This document shows positions 8,899-19,549 of a stretch of DNA of 64,000 bases, one piece after another; the stretch's first letter is position 1, and each line of letters begins with the position of its first letter. A program made the translations under genes and the position numbers. This DNA is from an uncultured Holophagae bacterium (GTDB lineage Bacteria > Acidobacteriota > Holophagae > Thermotomaculales > Thermotomaculaceae): NCBI GenBank assembly GCA_964599895.1, contig CAZRHT010000001.1:33727-97726 (forward strand), given 5' to 3'. Under the pieces are notes generated by a model that saw nothing but the letters and a program-made list of their open reading frames with translations, searched no databases and was not told where the DNA came from.

Positions 8899-9834
8899 AT
8901 GCATGTACCAGTATTGCTTGAAGAGTCTGTATCGTTTCTGAATGTTGCCCATGGAGGGGTTCTGATGGATTGCACATTCGGTGGCGGTGGCCATGCAAAA
9001 GAAATATTAGGAAAAATGGATAATCAGGGCTGTCTAATCGCGCTGGACCGGGATGTCGAAGCTGTGAGCCGTGGTCTTGAACTGAAGACTGAATATCCCA
9101 ACCTGAAAATACTCCACCGCAATTTTACCGAAGTGAAGGATGTGGCGAATGAGGAAGGCGTGTTAGGCAAAGTGAATGGCATTCTGGCCGACCTCGGCAC
9201 GTCCATGTTTCAGTTGAAGAATCCCGAACGAGGGTTCAGTTTTTCCACTGACGGTCCTCTTGATATGCGAATGGATACATCCACCGGTCTCACAGCTGCG
9301 GATATTCTCAATACATACCCGGAAGACGAGCTCATTCGAATTTTTCGTGACTATGGAGAAGAGCGTCATGCCAGACGAATTGCCAGGGAAGTGGTGGCAC
9401 GGAGGAAAGGAAATTCATACAGTAATACACTGGCGTTTGCCCGTCAGATAGAAGATATTTACGGCGGCCGCAGGGGCCGGATTCACCCGGCTACCCTTTG
9501 TTTTCAGGCACTGCGAATTGCTGTGAATGAAGAGCTCGAAGTGCTTTCCCAGTTTCTGGATCGCGCACTGGAAGTCCTTGCCGTGGATGGACGACTGGTA
9601 GTAATCTCTTTCCATTCCCTTGAAGATCGCATTGTCAAAAACTTCTTCAGGAACAAGTCCAGAAATTGTATTTGTCCCTCCTCCCAGGCCAGATGTACCT
9701 GTGGCGGAAACAATGCACAGGTTCGTGTGCTGACAAGAAAAGTGGTAAGGCCTTCGCAGTGGGAACTGGACCGGAACCCGGCGTCCAGAAGTTCCAGATT
9801 AAGAGCTGCAGAAAAACTGGAGATAGCGTCATGA
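8899..9834 (+). CDS. rsmH: 16S rRNA (cytosine1402-N4)-methyltransferase RsmH
   Basis: 311 aa with HVPVLLEE, DCTFGGGGH, DLGTSMFQL and ISFHSLEDRIVK motifs. Confidence 0.95.
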   Translation: MHVPVLLEESVSFLNVAHGGVLMDCTFGGGGHAKEILGKMDNQGCLIALDRDVEAVSRGLELKTEYPNLKILHRNFTEVKDVANEEGVLGKVNGILADLGTSMFQLKNPERGFSFSTDGPLDMRMDTSTGLTAADILNTYPEDELIRIFRDYGEERHARRIAREVVARRKGNSYSNTLAFARQIEDIYGGRRGRIHPATLCFQALRIAVNEELEVLSQFLDRALEVLAVDGRLVVISFHSLEDRIVKNFFRNKSRNCICPSSQARCTCGGNNAQVRVLTRKVVRPSQWELDRNPASRSSRLRAAEKLEIAS

Positions 9835-10121
9835 AGTACGCGGTTTTCTTTGCGCGTTTTTTCTTCCTTTTTCTTCTTCTTGTCGTACCCATTGGAGCTT
9901 ACATCCAGATGAAAAATGCAACAATGGAGCAGGCTCGTAAGGTGAAGAACCTGGAAGGTAATATTCTGATATTGAAGAAAGACATCAACAATCTGGAGCA
10001 GGAACTGTCGGAACAGATTGATTATGAGCAGATTGAACGTCTGGCACGATCACGTTATGGGTTGGCCTTCATCTATGAGAACCAGAACCCGGTTGTGGTG
10101 GTTCGGGAGCAGTCAAAATGA
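9831..10121 (+). CDS. ftsL: Cell division protein FtsL-like (single TM + coiled coil)
   Basis: 96 aa. The ATG overlaps the rsmH stop (ATGA). A TM helix (FFARFFFLFLLLVVPIGAYI) is followed by a heptad-like segment. The position between rsmH and ftsI fits ftsL. The longer ORF from 9666 lies inside rsmH. Confidence 0.6.
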   Translation: MKYAVFFARFFFLFLLLVVPIGAYIQMKNATMEQARKVKNLEGNILILKKDINNLEQELSEQIDYEQIERLARSRYGLAFIYENQNPVVVVREQSK

Positions 10122-12037
10122 GACGAAGTCGGCCCTCCATGTTTCTCCATGCGGACCGTTTGGATGTGATAATGGTGGCATTGCTATTTTTCGTGTTGAT
10201 GGTACTGGTATGCTTCAGTATTTTAAAACTACAGAGTTTTCACCATGCATACGCAGGTGTCGGCACGGTTTATGGCAACCGGACGGAAAATCTTTCCCGG
10301 ATCTGGGGCTGCATCTATGACCGTGACGGAGAACTTATCGGTGGAAATTATTTTGAGATGCAGGTGGGAGCTTCAAGAGTGGCCCTGGAGAAGATGGGAT
10401 ATGAGAAGTACAGGGATGTGGCGAATCTGCTTGAAATTGATAATTCGAAGGACGCATATCGAAAATTGCTGAAGAATGAAAGAAAGCAGGTTCAACTCAA
10501 AACCTATCCTTACCAGGATTTCAACTATCAGCATATCAGTCGGGAATTGCGGAAGTTGAAGATGTCTTCACTATTGGTATTTTACCCGAGAAACCGGCGC
10601 TACTATCCGAAGAAGCGATTCTATTCTTCCTTTTTAAGTTATGCATCTCCGAATCGGGGGAAAACTTGCGGCATTGAAAGCTCTATGAACGAATTTCTCA
10701 GTGGTGAACCGGGAAAGAGGGAGTATGCGCACAGCAGGATTGTCCCTTCTTTCACGGAGCAAAGCGCAGTGGATGGAGATGACGTTGTGCTGACGATTGA
10801 TTCAGCTGTTCAGTTTATCGTGGAAACGGAATTGAAAAAACAGGTGAGAAAGACCCGTGCTAAAGGCGGGTATGTGTTGGTGACCCGGCCAGACAGCGGA
10901 GAGATCCTCTCCTTCGCGGGCTACTATCCTGGAAAAATCGGACAGAATGTTTTGAATGTGGCCGCAAGATTTGAACCGGGTTCCACGATTAAGCCATTGC
11001 TGGCCTCTGCTCTCCTGGATCGCGGCACAGTTTCCACACGATTCCATACCTTCTGTGAGAATGGTCTCTTTAAATTGGGGAAACGAACAATTCGGGATCA
11101 TGCCCCGTACGGAGACCTTTCCTTGCCAGAAATCATATGGCATTCAAGCAATATCGGTGCTGTGAAGTTGGGACGTTTACTGTCAGATCAGGACTTTCAT
11201 GATGCGCTCCAGGCCTTTGGCCTGGGCGACAAAACCGGTATAAAGCTGCCGGGTGAAACAGCTGGTTATTTCCCAGATCCTCAAAATTGGGGAGAAGGTA
11301 CAAAAACATCCATGTCTTTTGGATACGGATTGTCAGTGAACCTGGTGCAGATGACTGCCGCACTCAATACGGTTGTGAATGGCGGAACATGGGAGCCTCC
11401 CCGTATAGTAAAACAGGTGAATGATCCAGATGGAAAGACTGTGAGCCTGGGCCGTAAGCAGTCTCCCCGACAGGTGATCACTGAATTAACATCTGCAAAG
11501 ATGCGTGATATTCTCAGGGGTGTAGTCCTGTTTGGAACAGGGAAGGAAGCCGCTGTTAAAGGCATTGATGTGGGAGGTAAAACCGGTACCGCCCGTAAGG
11601 TGGTAAATGGCGTATACACAAGCAGCTACGTAGCATCCTTTTATGGCTTTTTCCCGGTTGGCCACCCGGAAGTCTCGGTCTTTATTGTCATTGACGAACC
11701 GAAAACAGTACATTTTGGTGGTACGGCTGCGGCCCCGTTGTTTCACAATATTGCCCAGAAGGTTCTCCCTCTCTTAATTGATGAGATTGGGGGGGTGGAC
11801 ATGGATATGCGCCTTGCCTCAAATTCACCGGCCCAGATGACGCCGTCCAGGCCGGTAAGGAAAGGAAGGGTCCCGGACCTCCGGGGACTTGCATTTCGGG
11901 ATGCGTTGATATTGGCTCACCAGGCCGGATACCGTGTTCGGTGCAAAGGTCATGGTTTTGTAACGTCTCAATCTCTTCCTGCGGGGCTTGTCAGTCCGGA
12001 CGGAACAGAGATTCGTCTGGCCGGGAATTTCAGATGA
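10118..12037 (+). CDS. ftsI: Peptidoglycan D,D-transpeptidase FtsI (class B PBP) with C-terminal PASTA-like domain
   Basis: 639 aa with an N-terminal TM helix. Motifs: SxxK (GSTIKP), SxN (HSSN), KTG (GKTGTA). The C-terminal ~60 aa (VPDLRGLAFRDALILAHQAGYRVRCKGHGFVTSQS) look like a PASTA domain. Confidence 0.9.
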   Translation: MRRSRPSMFLHADRLDVIMVALLFFVLMVLVCFSILKLQSFHHAYAGVGTVYGNRTENLSRIWGCIYDRDGELIGGNYFEMQVGASRVALEKMGYEKYRDVANLLEIDNSKDAYRKLLKNERKQVQLKTYPYQDFNYQHISRELRKLKMSSLLVFYPRNRRYYPKKRFYSSFLSYASPNRGKTCGIESSMNEFLSGEPGKREYAHSRIVPSFTEQSAVDGDDVVLTIDSAVQFIVETELKKQVRKTRAKGGYVLVTRPDSGEILSFAGYYPGKIGQNVLNVAARFEPGSTIKPLLASALLDRGTVSTRFHTFCENGLFKLGKRTIRDHAPYGDLSLPEIIWHSSNIGAVKLGRLLSDQDFHDALQAFGLGDKTGIKLPGETAGYFPDPQNWGEGTKTSMSFGYGLSVNLVQMTAALNTVVNGGTWEPPRIVKQVNDPDGKTVSLGRKQSPRQVITELTSAKMRDILRGVVLFGTGKEAAVKGIDVGGKTGTARKVVNGVYTSSYVASFYGFFPVGHPEVSVFIVIDEPKTVHFGGTAAAPLFHNIAQKVLPLLIDEIGGVDMDMRLASNSPAQMTPSRPVRKGRVPDLRGLAFRDALILAHQAGYRVRCKGHGFVTSQSLPAGLVSPDGTEIRLAGNFR

Positions 12038-13491
12038 AGGCTGGTGCGGTTTTATCCGGTCTTCCATTTCGATCTTCAAACATTGATAGTGATATGGAGA
12101 TCTCCGGCCTGTCCATTGATTCCAGAAAATGCGGTAAGGGAGACCTCTTTTTCGCGCGTAAAGGGTATAGAGTGAACGGAGAAGAGTTTGTTGCGGATGC
12201 AATCAAGGCCGGTTGTGCGGCGGTGGTGGCAGAAAGAGATTTCCCCGGCACCCCCACAACCGTTGTGAATGACGTACGGGAAGCACTTGCCCATTGTGCC
12301 TTGAATTTTTTCAACCATCCGGATCGGACGCTGGACTTGATCGGCGTAACCGGAACCAATGGAAAGACAACAACTGCATGGTTCATTCAACATATCCTCA
12401 ATTCGGCAGATTGTTGCGGGTTCCTGTCCACGGTGGAAAATTTCGACGGGAAAAATCGAATCCCGGCAGTATTGACCACGCCGGAAGCCCATGACATTTG
12501 TGACAATCTCGCCAGAATGCAAAACAATGGATGCGCGCGATGTGTAATGGAAGTCTCTGCTCATTCCGTTACCTTGAAACGAATATTCGGATTGGACTTC
12601 AAGGTTGGTGTGTTCACCAACTTGTCTCAGGATCATCTTGACTTCTATGGGGATATGGAGACATATTTCCAGGCAAAGAAAAAGTTCTTTGAAGATATGG
12701 GGCCGGATTCCTGCGCTGTGATAAACGTCGATGATCCGGCCGGAGAACGGTTATTGGAGCAAATCCAATGCCGATCAATTTCAGTCAGCCCCGCCGGCAG
12801 AAACGCGGACGTTCGGGTAATGGGTACCCGGTCCGGTGATGCCGGAGTCATTGTCCTCCTCAATGCGGAAGGAAAAGAAAAGGAAGTGGCTCTGCCACTT
12901 CCGGGCCTGCACAACGCCGCAAATCTCGCCTCCTGTGTCGGTGTTCTAATGGCCTTGCGAATGGACCCATTCAGTTCGCTTTCTTTACTGGCTTCCATGC
13001 CTCCGATCCCCGGTCGCATGGAAGCTATTCCTTCCAGCGACGGTGTGCGCTATCTTGTGGATTTTGCCCATACCCCTGATGGGTTAAAGAAAGTGTTGAG
13101 TTCCCCTGACATCCACGAGACCGGTCGCGTATTCTGTGTTTTCGGATGTGGAGGAGACAGGGACAGGACAAAACGTCACCTGATGATGCGGGCCGTATGT
13201 GAAAACGCGGATGTTGTGATTGCAACGTCGGACAATCCTCGAACTGAAGACCAGAAACAGATTTTTGACGACATGGCAAAAGGAGAAACCGGTGATCTGC
13301 CGGTTTCATACATTAATGACAGACGAGAGGCAATTCGCGCCGCAGTGAACAGGGCAAAGTCGGGAGATGTGGTCATTGTTGCGGGAAAAGGTCATGAGAC
13401 CTATCAGATCATCGGAACAGAAAAATTTCCATTCAGTGACGCGGCGGAAATCCTCCGGGCATTAAGGGAGACGGGCCGTGCGAGTGAGTGA
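12034..13491 (+). CDS. murE: UDP-MurNAc-L-Ala-D-Glu--2,6-diaminopimelate ligase MurE
   Basis: The ATG overlaps the ftsI stop (ATGA). GVTGTNGKTT P-loop. A DNPR motif (SDNPRTED) indicates meso-DAP specificity. The track ORF starts at 11941, inside ftsI. Confidence 0.9.
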   Translation: MKAGAVLSGLPFRSSNIDSDMEISGLSIDSRKCGKGDLFFARKGYRVNGEEFVADAIKAGCAAVVAERDFPGTPTTVVNDVREALAHCALNFFNHPDRTLDLIGVTGTNGKTTTAWFIQHILNSADCCGFLSTVENFDGKNRIPAVLTTPEAHDICDNLARMQNNGCARCVMEVSAHSVTLKRIFGLDFKVGVFTNLSQDHLDFYGDMETYFQAKKKFFEDMGPDSCAVINVDDPAGERLLEQIQCRSISVSPAGRNADVRVMGTRSGDAGVIVLLNAEGKEKEVALPLPGLHNAANLASCVGVLMALRMDPFSSLSLLASMPPIPGRMEAIPSSDGVRYLVDFAHTPDGLKKVLSSPDIHETGRVFCVFGCGGDRDRTKRHLMMRAVCENADVVIATSDNPRTEDQKQIFDDMAKGETGDLPVSYINDRREAIRAAVNRAKSGDVVIVAGKGHETYQIIGTEKFPFSDAAEILRALRETGRASE

Positions 13492-14839
13492 ACTGGCAAA
13501 ATATGCCGGGAAATTGCCTGATAATCTTTATGATTGCGAGATAGAGGGCTTCTGTAACGACAGTAGAATTTTGAAAAAGGGTGAGGCTTTTGTTGCAATT
13601 CAAACCGTTCATGCTGACGGCAATGATTATTTACCGACAGCGAGGGAAAAGGGAGCTTCAGCTTTTATCGCTTCTTCCTGTCCTGACGGAAATACCGACG
13701 AATATCAAAACCTGTTTCTGGTAAAGGACCCGACTCGTTTTCTCGGTGAAACCGCAAGAGTGTTGCTTGGGGAAAGGGCGGAAACACGGGTGGGTATTAC
13801 CGGAAGTGCCGGTAAGACAACTACGAAAGAACTCATTTCACTGTTGCTGGGCCTTTCCGGTGAGACTCTGGCCAGCAAGGGAAATTATAACAATACATTA
13901 GGGCTTCCGATGACAGTCCTGGAACAACTGGATCATCCGGTTACGTTCTTTGTGACTGAGATGGGGATGAGTTATCCGGGAGAAATTCAACGACTTGTTC
14001 AAATTGTCCGACCCAATATGCGTGTCTGGTTGAACGTGTTAACCGCTCATATCGGAAATTTCAAGGGGATTGAAGAATTGCGGGAAGCGAAGGCAGAAAT
14101 CCTGATAGGCAGAGAAACCGACGACATTCTGATTTACAATCGTGATGATCTCCTGGTAAAGTCCAGGGTTGAATCAGAGGCTGGAATGAAATACAGCTTT
14201 GGAGCCACCATGGGGGCCGATTTGAGGATTGTGTCATCAAAAATGATGAATCTCGAGTCGTCTCTACTTGACGTGGAATATGAAGGTCGGATTTATCGGC
14301 TGCACCATTCCCTGGCCGGGCTTCACAACAGCTATAACGTTGCTGCAGCTGTGATGACGGCCCTGGCGGCCGGAGTGAAAATTAAAGAGATCCAACGGGC
14401 CCTGCTTGACTTCCGACCGGTCCAGCATCGGGGTCGATTGATTCAGGCAGGATTGGTGAGTATCTATGATGATTGTTACAATGCCAATCCGGAAGCCGTG
14501 AAATATGTGTTGTCCATGTTCCATGAAGTCAATCTTCAGGGTAGAAAAATAGTTGTTCTGGGAGATATGCTTGAATTGGGCAAGGTTTCAGCTACCTTCC
14601 ACCAGGAGATAGGAGTTTTTGTTAGTGGCCTGGAGTTTGATGAGGCGGTATTTTATGGCAGTGAAATGAAATCCGCGTTTAAGAATTGCGCAGCAAAATG
14701 CAGCTGGTTTGAAAGCACAACCTCCGCTGCGGATCATGTGGCGAAAATCGCAGTGGCCGGAGATACCGTACTGGTGAAGGCCTCCAGGGGAATGCATGGA
14801 GAGAAAGTTATTGATAGACTGAGGGAGAAATTTGAATAG
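13478..14839 (+). CDS. murF: UDP-MurNAc-tripeptide--D-Ala-D-Ala ligase MurF
   Basis: 453 aa. GTG start with a GGGAG RBS. GITGSAGKTTTKE P-loop and Mur ligase middle and C-terminal blocks. Confidence 0.9.
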   Translation: MRVSELAKYAGKLPDNLYDCEIEGFCNDSRILKKGEAFVAIQTVHADGNDYLPTAREKGASAFIASSCPDGNTDEYQNLFLVKDPTRFLGETARVLLGERAETRVGITGSAGKTTTKELISLLLGLSGETLASKGNYNNTLGLPMTVLEQLDHPVTFFVTEMGMSYPGEIQRLVQIVRPNMRVWLNVLTAHIGNFKGIEELREAKAEILIGRETDDILIYNRDDLLVKSRVESEAGMKYSFGATMGADLRIVSSKMMNLESSLLDVEYEGRIYRLHHSLAGLHNSYNVAAAVMTALAAGVKIKEIQRALLDFRPVQHRGRLIQAGLVSIYDDCYNANPEAVKYVLSMFHEVNLQGRKIVVLGDMLELGKVSATFHQEIGVFVSGLEFDEAVFYGSEMKSAFKNCAAKCSWFESTTSAADHVAKIAVAGDTVLVKASRGMHGEKVIDRLREKFE

Positions 14840-14840
14840 A

Positions 14841-16175
14841 ATGAGTGAGATTTTAGTGGCAGGGGTAGGAAAAAGCGGAGAATGGGCAGCTCGTCTCGCC
14901 TTGAAAAATGGGGATTCCTGTCTCCTCTTTGACGACAGAGATCTAACTGAATCGAATGCCTTGCCGGAAGATCTTACAAACAGCAGTAAAGTGAGAATTG
15001 TCCGGCAGGTGGACGAAGCACTCTTGAACAGAGTGAAAGCGGTGATAATCAGTCCTGGCTTCCCGCCTTCCCATCCGGTACGAAGGACTGCTGAGGAAAC
15101 GGATTCTCGGGTGATTTCTGAAATCGAATACGCTGCAACATATTGCAAAGGTAGACTGTTCGCCGTTACAGGATCAAATGGAAAAACCACGGTTACAGGG
15201 CTGACTGCGCATATCCTTAAATCAGCCGGGCTGACCGCGGTCCCCTGTGGGAATTACGGAACAGCGTTTTCACAGGCTGTGTTTGAAAGCGGGGGAAGCG
15301 GCAATTTTGTTGTGGAACTTTCGTCGTTCCAACTGGAGCATGTGCAGAGCTTTCGTCCGGATTTCGCCGCACTCTTGAACTTGACGCCGGATCATCTGGA
15401 TCGCTACCCGAAGGTGGATGAATACTATCGTGCAAAGATGGCCATGTTCCGGAACATGGACGAAGAAAACCCCGCGCTCTTAAACGGGGACGACCCTGTG
15501 AGTGCTTCATACAGTCAATTCTTTCCTCCAAATGTGCAATGGATTGGCAGCAAATCAGATTCGCTTGTGCAAGTACTTCCGGATGCGTTGGAATATCAGG
15601 AAGAGAAGCTGGTTTCTCTCGAAGAGACAAGACTTCGGGGACTACACAATTTGTACAATGCGGCATTCAGTGCGGGAATGTGTCTCCTTGCAGGTGTATC
15701 TGCAGAGCAGGTTCGTGCCGGTATTATGTCTTTTCATCCTATTCCCCATCGACTGGAGCTGATTGGAGAGAGGAATGGGGTTCAATTCTACAATGACTCA
15801 AAGGCTACCAATTTTGATTCAGTGGTAAAGGCGTTATCCAGTTTTTCTTCGATTCACTGGATAGCGGGGGGCCGATTCAAGGGGGGCGATTTTGAAGAGC
15901 TGGCCGCAGCTGGAAAAGGGCGCGTAAGAGCCGCATATTTCATTGGAGAAAGTGCATCACTGTTCCAGGAAAATCTGGCCGACCGCTTTCATTGCCGGAT
16001 TTCCGGAACTCTGGAACAGGCAGTTGTAGACGCTCGGATGAACGCAGAGCCCGGGGACGTGATTCTGCTGGCACCGGGATGTTCGAGTTATGACCAGTTC
16101 AAGAACTATGAGGTTCGTGGGAACCACTTCCGGGAGATTCTAAATGAGGTCAGGAATGAAGGGAATCGCAGCTGA
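14841..16175 (+). CDS. murD: UDP-MurNAc-L-Ala--D-Glu ligase MurD
   Basis: N-terminal Rossmann VAGVGKSG and GSNGKTT P-loop. The ATG at 14841 lies 1 nt after the murF stop. An alternative TTG start is at 14832. Confidence 0.9.
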   Translation: MSEILVAGVGKSGEWAARLALKNGDSCLLFDDRDLTESNALPEDLTNSSKVRIVRQVDEALLNRVKAVIISPGFPPSHPVRRTAEETDSRVISEIEYAATYCKGRLFAVTGSNGKTTVTGLTAHILKSAGLTAVPCGNYGTAFSQAVFESGGSGNFVVELSSFQLEHVQSFRPDFAALLNLTPDHLDRYPKVDEYYRAKMAMFRNMDEENPALLNGDDPVSASYSQFFPPNVQWIGSKSDSLVQVLPDALEYQEEKLVSLEETRLRGLHNLYNAAFSAGMCLLAGVSAEQVRAGIMSFHPIPHRLELIGERNGVQFYNDSKATNFDSVVKALSSFSSIHWIAGGRFKGGDFEELAAAGKGRVRAAYFIGESASLFQENLADRFHCRISGTLEQAVVDARMNAEPGDVILLAPGCSSYDQFKNYEVRGNHFREILNEVRNEGNRS

Positions 16176-17262
16176 AAAGAAAGGCTTCATGATTACTGTC
16201 GTGATGCTTGTGGTTTTTGGTATTGTTATTACCATGTCTGCGTCTATTTCAGTAAAGATTCACAATGGCGTGGATATCACTACGAAAATTCTTGCAAATG
16301 TGTTGATTTCCATCATAGCAATGGCTTTGATCATGTGGAAGGCTCCGATAGAGCGGTGGAAAAGGCAGGGATTCATATATCCGGCTGTCGGTGGCATGAT
16401 TGTGCTGCTCTTATTGCCAATACTGTTGAATATCAGGATTAATGGAGCTTATCGATGGATTTCATTTGGTGTTTTCAGTCTTCAGCCAGCGGAACTGGCC
16501 AAAATAGTGGTTGTGGCCTTTCTTGCGTACGTTTTTTCCACGATGCGTCATCCCAGACCAACAATGGATGAATTGCTGCCAATCGGCGCTGTAACGGGGC
16601 TGATTGTATTGTTCATTTTCATGGAACGGGATCTTGGACTACCGTTGGTGATTGCTGTGACCGTGCTGGTCATGCTTTTTGTTACACGTACAAACCGGCT
16701 TGTGGTTGTCACACTGATGGTTCTCGGGCTAATGCTGTTCGCCGTGGCTGTGATGACAGCGCAGCACCGGCGTACCCGGGTGATCCAGTTCTGGGACAGG
16801 AAAACAGGGGAGAACGCACTCTCATTTGATAAGATACCGGATGATCAGGTTGGTGCAGCCCTGCTGGCCGTCAGCTCTGCAGGCCTCAAAGGGAAGGGAC
16901 TGGGGAACAGTGAGACGAAATTCAGTTCCCTCACTGAGGCCCATAACGATTTTGTTTTTTCTCTGATTATAGAGGAACTTGGACTTGCAGGTTTTTTCAT
17001 TGTCGTTCTCCTTTTCACCCTGTTCATGGTGTTCGGGTTGAGAATGGCATTTACAGCACAGGGAAGGTTTGAGCATTTCTTTCTCATTGGCATGGTTTTC
17101 TTAACCATCAGCCAGGCGGTATTGCATATGATGGTAAATGTGGATATGCTACCTGCAAAAGGTTTTGGGTTGCCGTTTGTCAGCTATGGGGGCTCCTCAA
17201 TGGTTTCTCATATGATGATGGTGGGGCTGGCCATGACTGTGAAGCTGAAGGGAGAGGAATAG
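16144..17262 (+). CDS. ftsW: SEDS-family peptidoglycan glycosyltransferase FtsW
   Basis: 372 aa, polytopic. SEDS blocks: RWISFGVFSLQPAELAK, HNDFVFSLIIEELG, GLPFVSYGGSS. The start is ambiguous (16144, 16156 or 16189). Confidence 0.85.
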   Translation: MRSGMKGIAAEKKGFMITVVMLVVFGIVITMSASISVKIHNGVDITTKILANVLISIIAMALIMWKAPIERWKRQGFIYPAVGGMIVLLLLPILLNIRINGAYRWISFGVFSLQPAELAKIVVVAFLAYVFSTMRHPRPTMDELLPIGAVTGLIVLFIFMERDLGLPLVIAVTVLVMLFVTRTNRLVVVTLMVLGLMLFAVAVMTAQHRRTRVIQFWDRKTGENALSFDKIPDDQVGAALLAVSSAGLKGKGLGNSETKFSSLTEAHNDFVFSLIIEELGLAGFFIVVLLFTLFMVFGLRMAFTAQGRFEHFFLIGMVFLTISQAVLHMMVNVDMLPAKGFGLPFVSYGGSSMVSHMMMVGLAMTVKLKGEE

Positions 17263-17392
17263 AGATGAGTAGTTTGAGCCTAAGTTTTGGTTTGAGTGTT
17301 GAAGAAGAATTGGCATGGGTCATGGCGCACTCACATTCGCACTTTCACTTGCGGCTCTTTGCCCACGGGGCAGAGATGGGAGGATGACTCAG

Positions 17393-18769
17393 ATGTTTGG
17401 ACGATATAAGACAATCCATTTTGTTGGCATTGGCGGTACGGGAATGAGTGGAATCGCCGAAGTGCTGAGCAACCTCGGCTTTCACGTCACCGGTTCTGAC
17501 TTGAGCCACAGCGACTATACAAAACGGTTGGAATTTCTTGGAATAAAGGTGTCTTACGGTCACGATGCCGCAAACGTGGCAGACGCCGATGCCGTTGTGG
17601 TGTCTACTGCCATTCATAAAGATAACCCGGAATGGCAGGAAGCCGGGAAGCGTAATATTCCAGTGATTCCCCGGGGAGAAATGCTGGCAGAGCTGATGCG
17701 CATGAAAGCGGGAATTGCTATTTCCGGTACGCACGGTAAGACGACCACAACCTCAATTGCGGCTTCGGTATTGTCCCAGGGAGGTCTGGACCCCACCGTG
17801 ATTATCGGGGGCATTTTTTCTGCATACGGTTCCAACACGCGGCTGGGAGGCTCCAAGTATCTTGTAGCGGAAGCTGATGAATCTGATGGGTCCTTCCTGA
17901 GACTGAGCCCAATTTATGCCATCATTACCAATATTGATGAAGACCATATGAACTACTATGGGACCATGGACAACCTGAAGGAAAGCTTTACCGAATTTGC
18001 CAACAAGGTGCCCTTTTTCGGTGCCGCAATTGTTTGCCTGGAGGATAGCCGGATCAAGTCCATTATTCCGGATATTCGCCGCCGGGTCGTTACATATGGT
18101 CTTTCGGGGCATTGTGACTATCAGGCTGAGAACATTCAAGTGAGCGACAAGGGATACGAATTCATTGTCAGAGAAAAAGGACAATCGCTGGGTAGTTTCT
18201 TACTGAGGGTCCCAGGACGGCATAACATTCTGAACGCCCTTTCTGTCATTGCGCTTGCCCGGGAAATGGAGTTGAAGGAAGAAGCGATTAAAGAAGGACT
18301 CGTCGCATATTCCGGTACCAGGCGCCGCTCAGAAACAGTCGGACTCTACAGAAAATGCCGGGTGATTTCAGATTATGCGCATCACCCTGTAGAGATTGAA
18401 AAGACACTCGGAGCTTTGCGGGAATATTATCGCCCGGAGCGGATAATCTGTGCGTTTCAGCCTCACCGCTACACGAGAACTAAGAACCAGTTTGAAAACT
18501 TCCTCTTCTCGTTTCATCAGTCGGATATCCTTCGACTGCTGCCGATTTATTCAGCCGGTGAAGCCCCAATTGATAAGATTTCAAGTGATGCCCTTGTGGA
18601 GGGGATTCGAAAATCTGGCCACCGGGACGTTGAGCTCGTAAACAGCGCTGATGAACTTACTGAAGATCTGAAGAGCAATGTAAGAGATGGGGACCTTGTG
18701 GTATTTCTCGGGGCTGGCACGATTGACGATCTGGCAAGGAAATTTGGAAGAGAGGAAAACTCCAAGTGA
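17393..18769 (+). CDS. murC: UDP-N-acetylmuramate--L-alanine ligase MurC
   Basis: IHFVGIGGTGMSG and GTHGKTTT motifs. The ATG at 17393 has a GGGAGGA RBS 9 nt upstream. The track ORF begins at 17315. Confidence 0.9.
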   Translation: MFGRYKTIHFVGIGGTGMSGIAEVLSNLGFHVTGSDLSHSDYTKRLEFLGIKVSYGHDAANVADADAVVVSTAIHKDNPEWQEAGKRNIPVIPRGEMLAELMRMKAGIAISGTHGKTTTTSIAASVLSQGGLDPTVIIGGIFSAYGSNTRLGGSKYLVAEADESDGSFLRLSPIYAIITNIDEDHMNYYGTMDNLKESFTEFANKVPFFGAAIVCLEDSRIKSIIPDIRRRVVTYGLSGHCDYQAENIQVSDKGYEFIVREKGQSLGSFLLRVPGRHNILNALSVIALAREMELKEEAIKEGLVAYSGTRRRSETVGLYRKCRVISDYAHHPVEIEKTLGALREYYRPERIICAFQPHRYTRTKNQFENFLFSFHQSDILRLLPIYSAGEAPIDKISSDALVEGIRKSGHRDVELVNSADELTEDLKSNVRDGDLVVFLGAGTIDDLARKFGREENSK

Positions 18770-19539
18770 CAAGAAAGAGCCCAAATTCCATACGTTTAAA
18801 AATGCGATTTCAGCAAATGTTGAAGAAATACGGAGGCCGTATCACACTGTATTTGACTGGAGTGGTAGTGTTGACGATTCTTGCCGCATGGATATTCCCC
18901 CCATTGAAATACTATTTTACGGATATCTTCCGTGTTCGCGAGTTTCAGATTGAGAACGTGTACTACAATAACGCAGGAGAGTTGAAACAGGCTTTATCCC
19001 CATACCTTGGCAAGTCATACTGGGAAATAGACAAGAAAGCAGTTGAAAAAACAGCGGAAGCAATTCCCTGGGTAGATCGCGTGACAGTCCGGGCGCTGCC
19101 CGGAAGCCGGATAACAATTGTGGTTCAGGAAAAGCAGCCTGTGGCACTCTATCGCACTGCAAAAGGAGATATCTGGATTGTAGATGAAACCGGCAGCCGG
19201 ATTGCCGCTTTTACCCCTGCTTTCTCATACAGAAATTTTCCTGTCATAAGTTGCGATGAAAAGGAATTGCCATTCATTGTACACAAGCTTGAAAAAATTC
19301 GCACGCAGGACAATGGATTGTTCTACAGTCGATTGTCGGAACTTGTGGTTCGGAAAGCTAACGAGAAATGGGTTTGTTTCCTTCGAGACACCCCTTGGAA
19401 AATCTACGTAGACCCCTTCGGTTCGTTTCAAAATGTGAGACAATTTTTAGGGGTAGAGAAATTTATCAAATCACGTTATGATAATGTAGATTATATTGAT
19501 TTATCATTTCGTCGGGAAATTGTGGTAAAACCAAAGTAA
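18766..19539 (+). CDS. ftsQ: Cell division protein FtsQ (TM + POTRA)
   Basis: 257 aa. The GTG start overlaps the murC stop (GTGA). One TM helix is followed by a POTRA-like segment (FRVREFQIENVYYNN...). The position before ftsA fits ftsQ. Confidence 0.7.
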   Translation: MTRKSPNSIRLKMRFQQMLKKYGGRITLYLTGVVVLTILAAWIFPPLKYYFTDIFRVREFQIENVYYNNAGELKQALSPYLGKSYWEIDKKAVEKTAEAIPWVDRVTVRALPGSRITIVVQEKQPVALYRTAKGDIWIVDETGSRIAAFTPAFSYRNFPVISCDEKELPFIVHKLEKIRTQDNGLFYSRLSELVVRKANEKWVCFLRDTPWKIYVDPFGSFQNVRQFLGVEKFIKSRYDNVDYIDLSFRREIVVKPK

Positions 19540-19549
19540 GGAGTGGTGA

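Noticed and set aside
11941-12033. An upstream extension of murE. Similar long N-terminal extensions appear in the track for ftsL, murC, the RND pump, the MFS gene, the S8 protease and others.
   Set aside because: The extensions overlap the preceding genes. Internal starts with good RBS or ATGA/GTGA coupling give N-termini that match the family norms.
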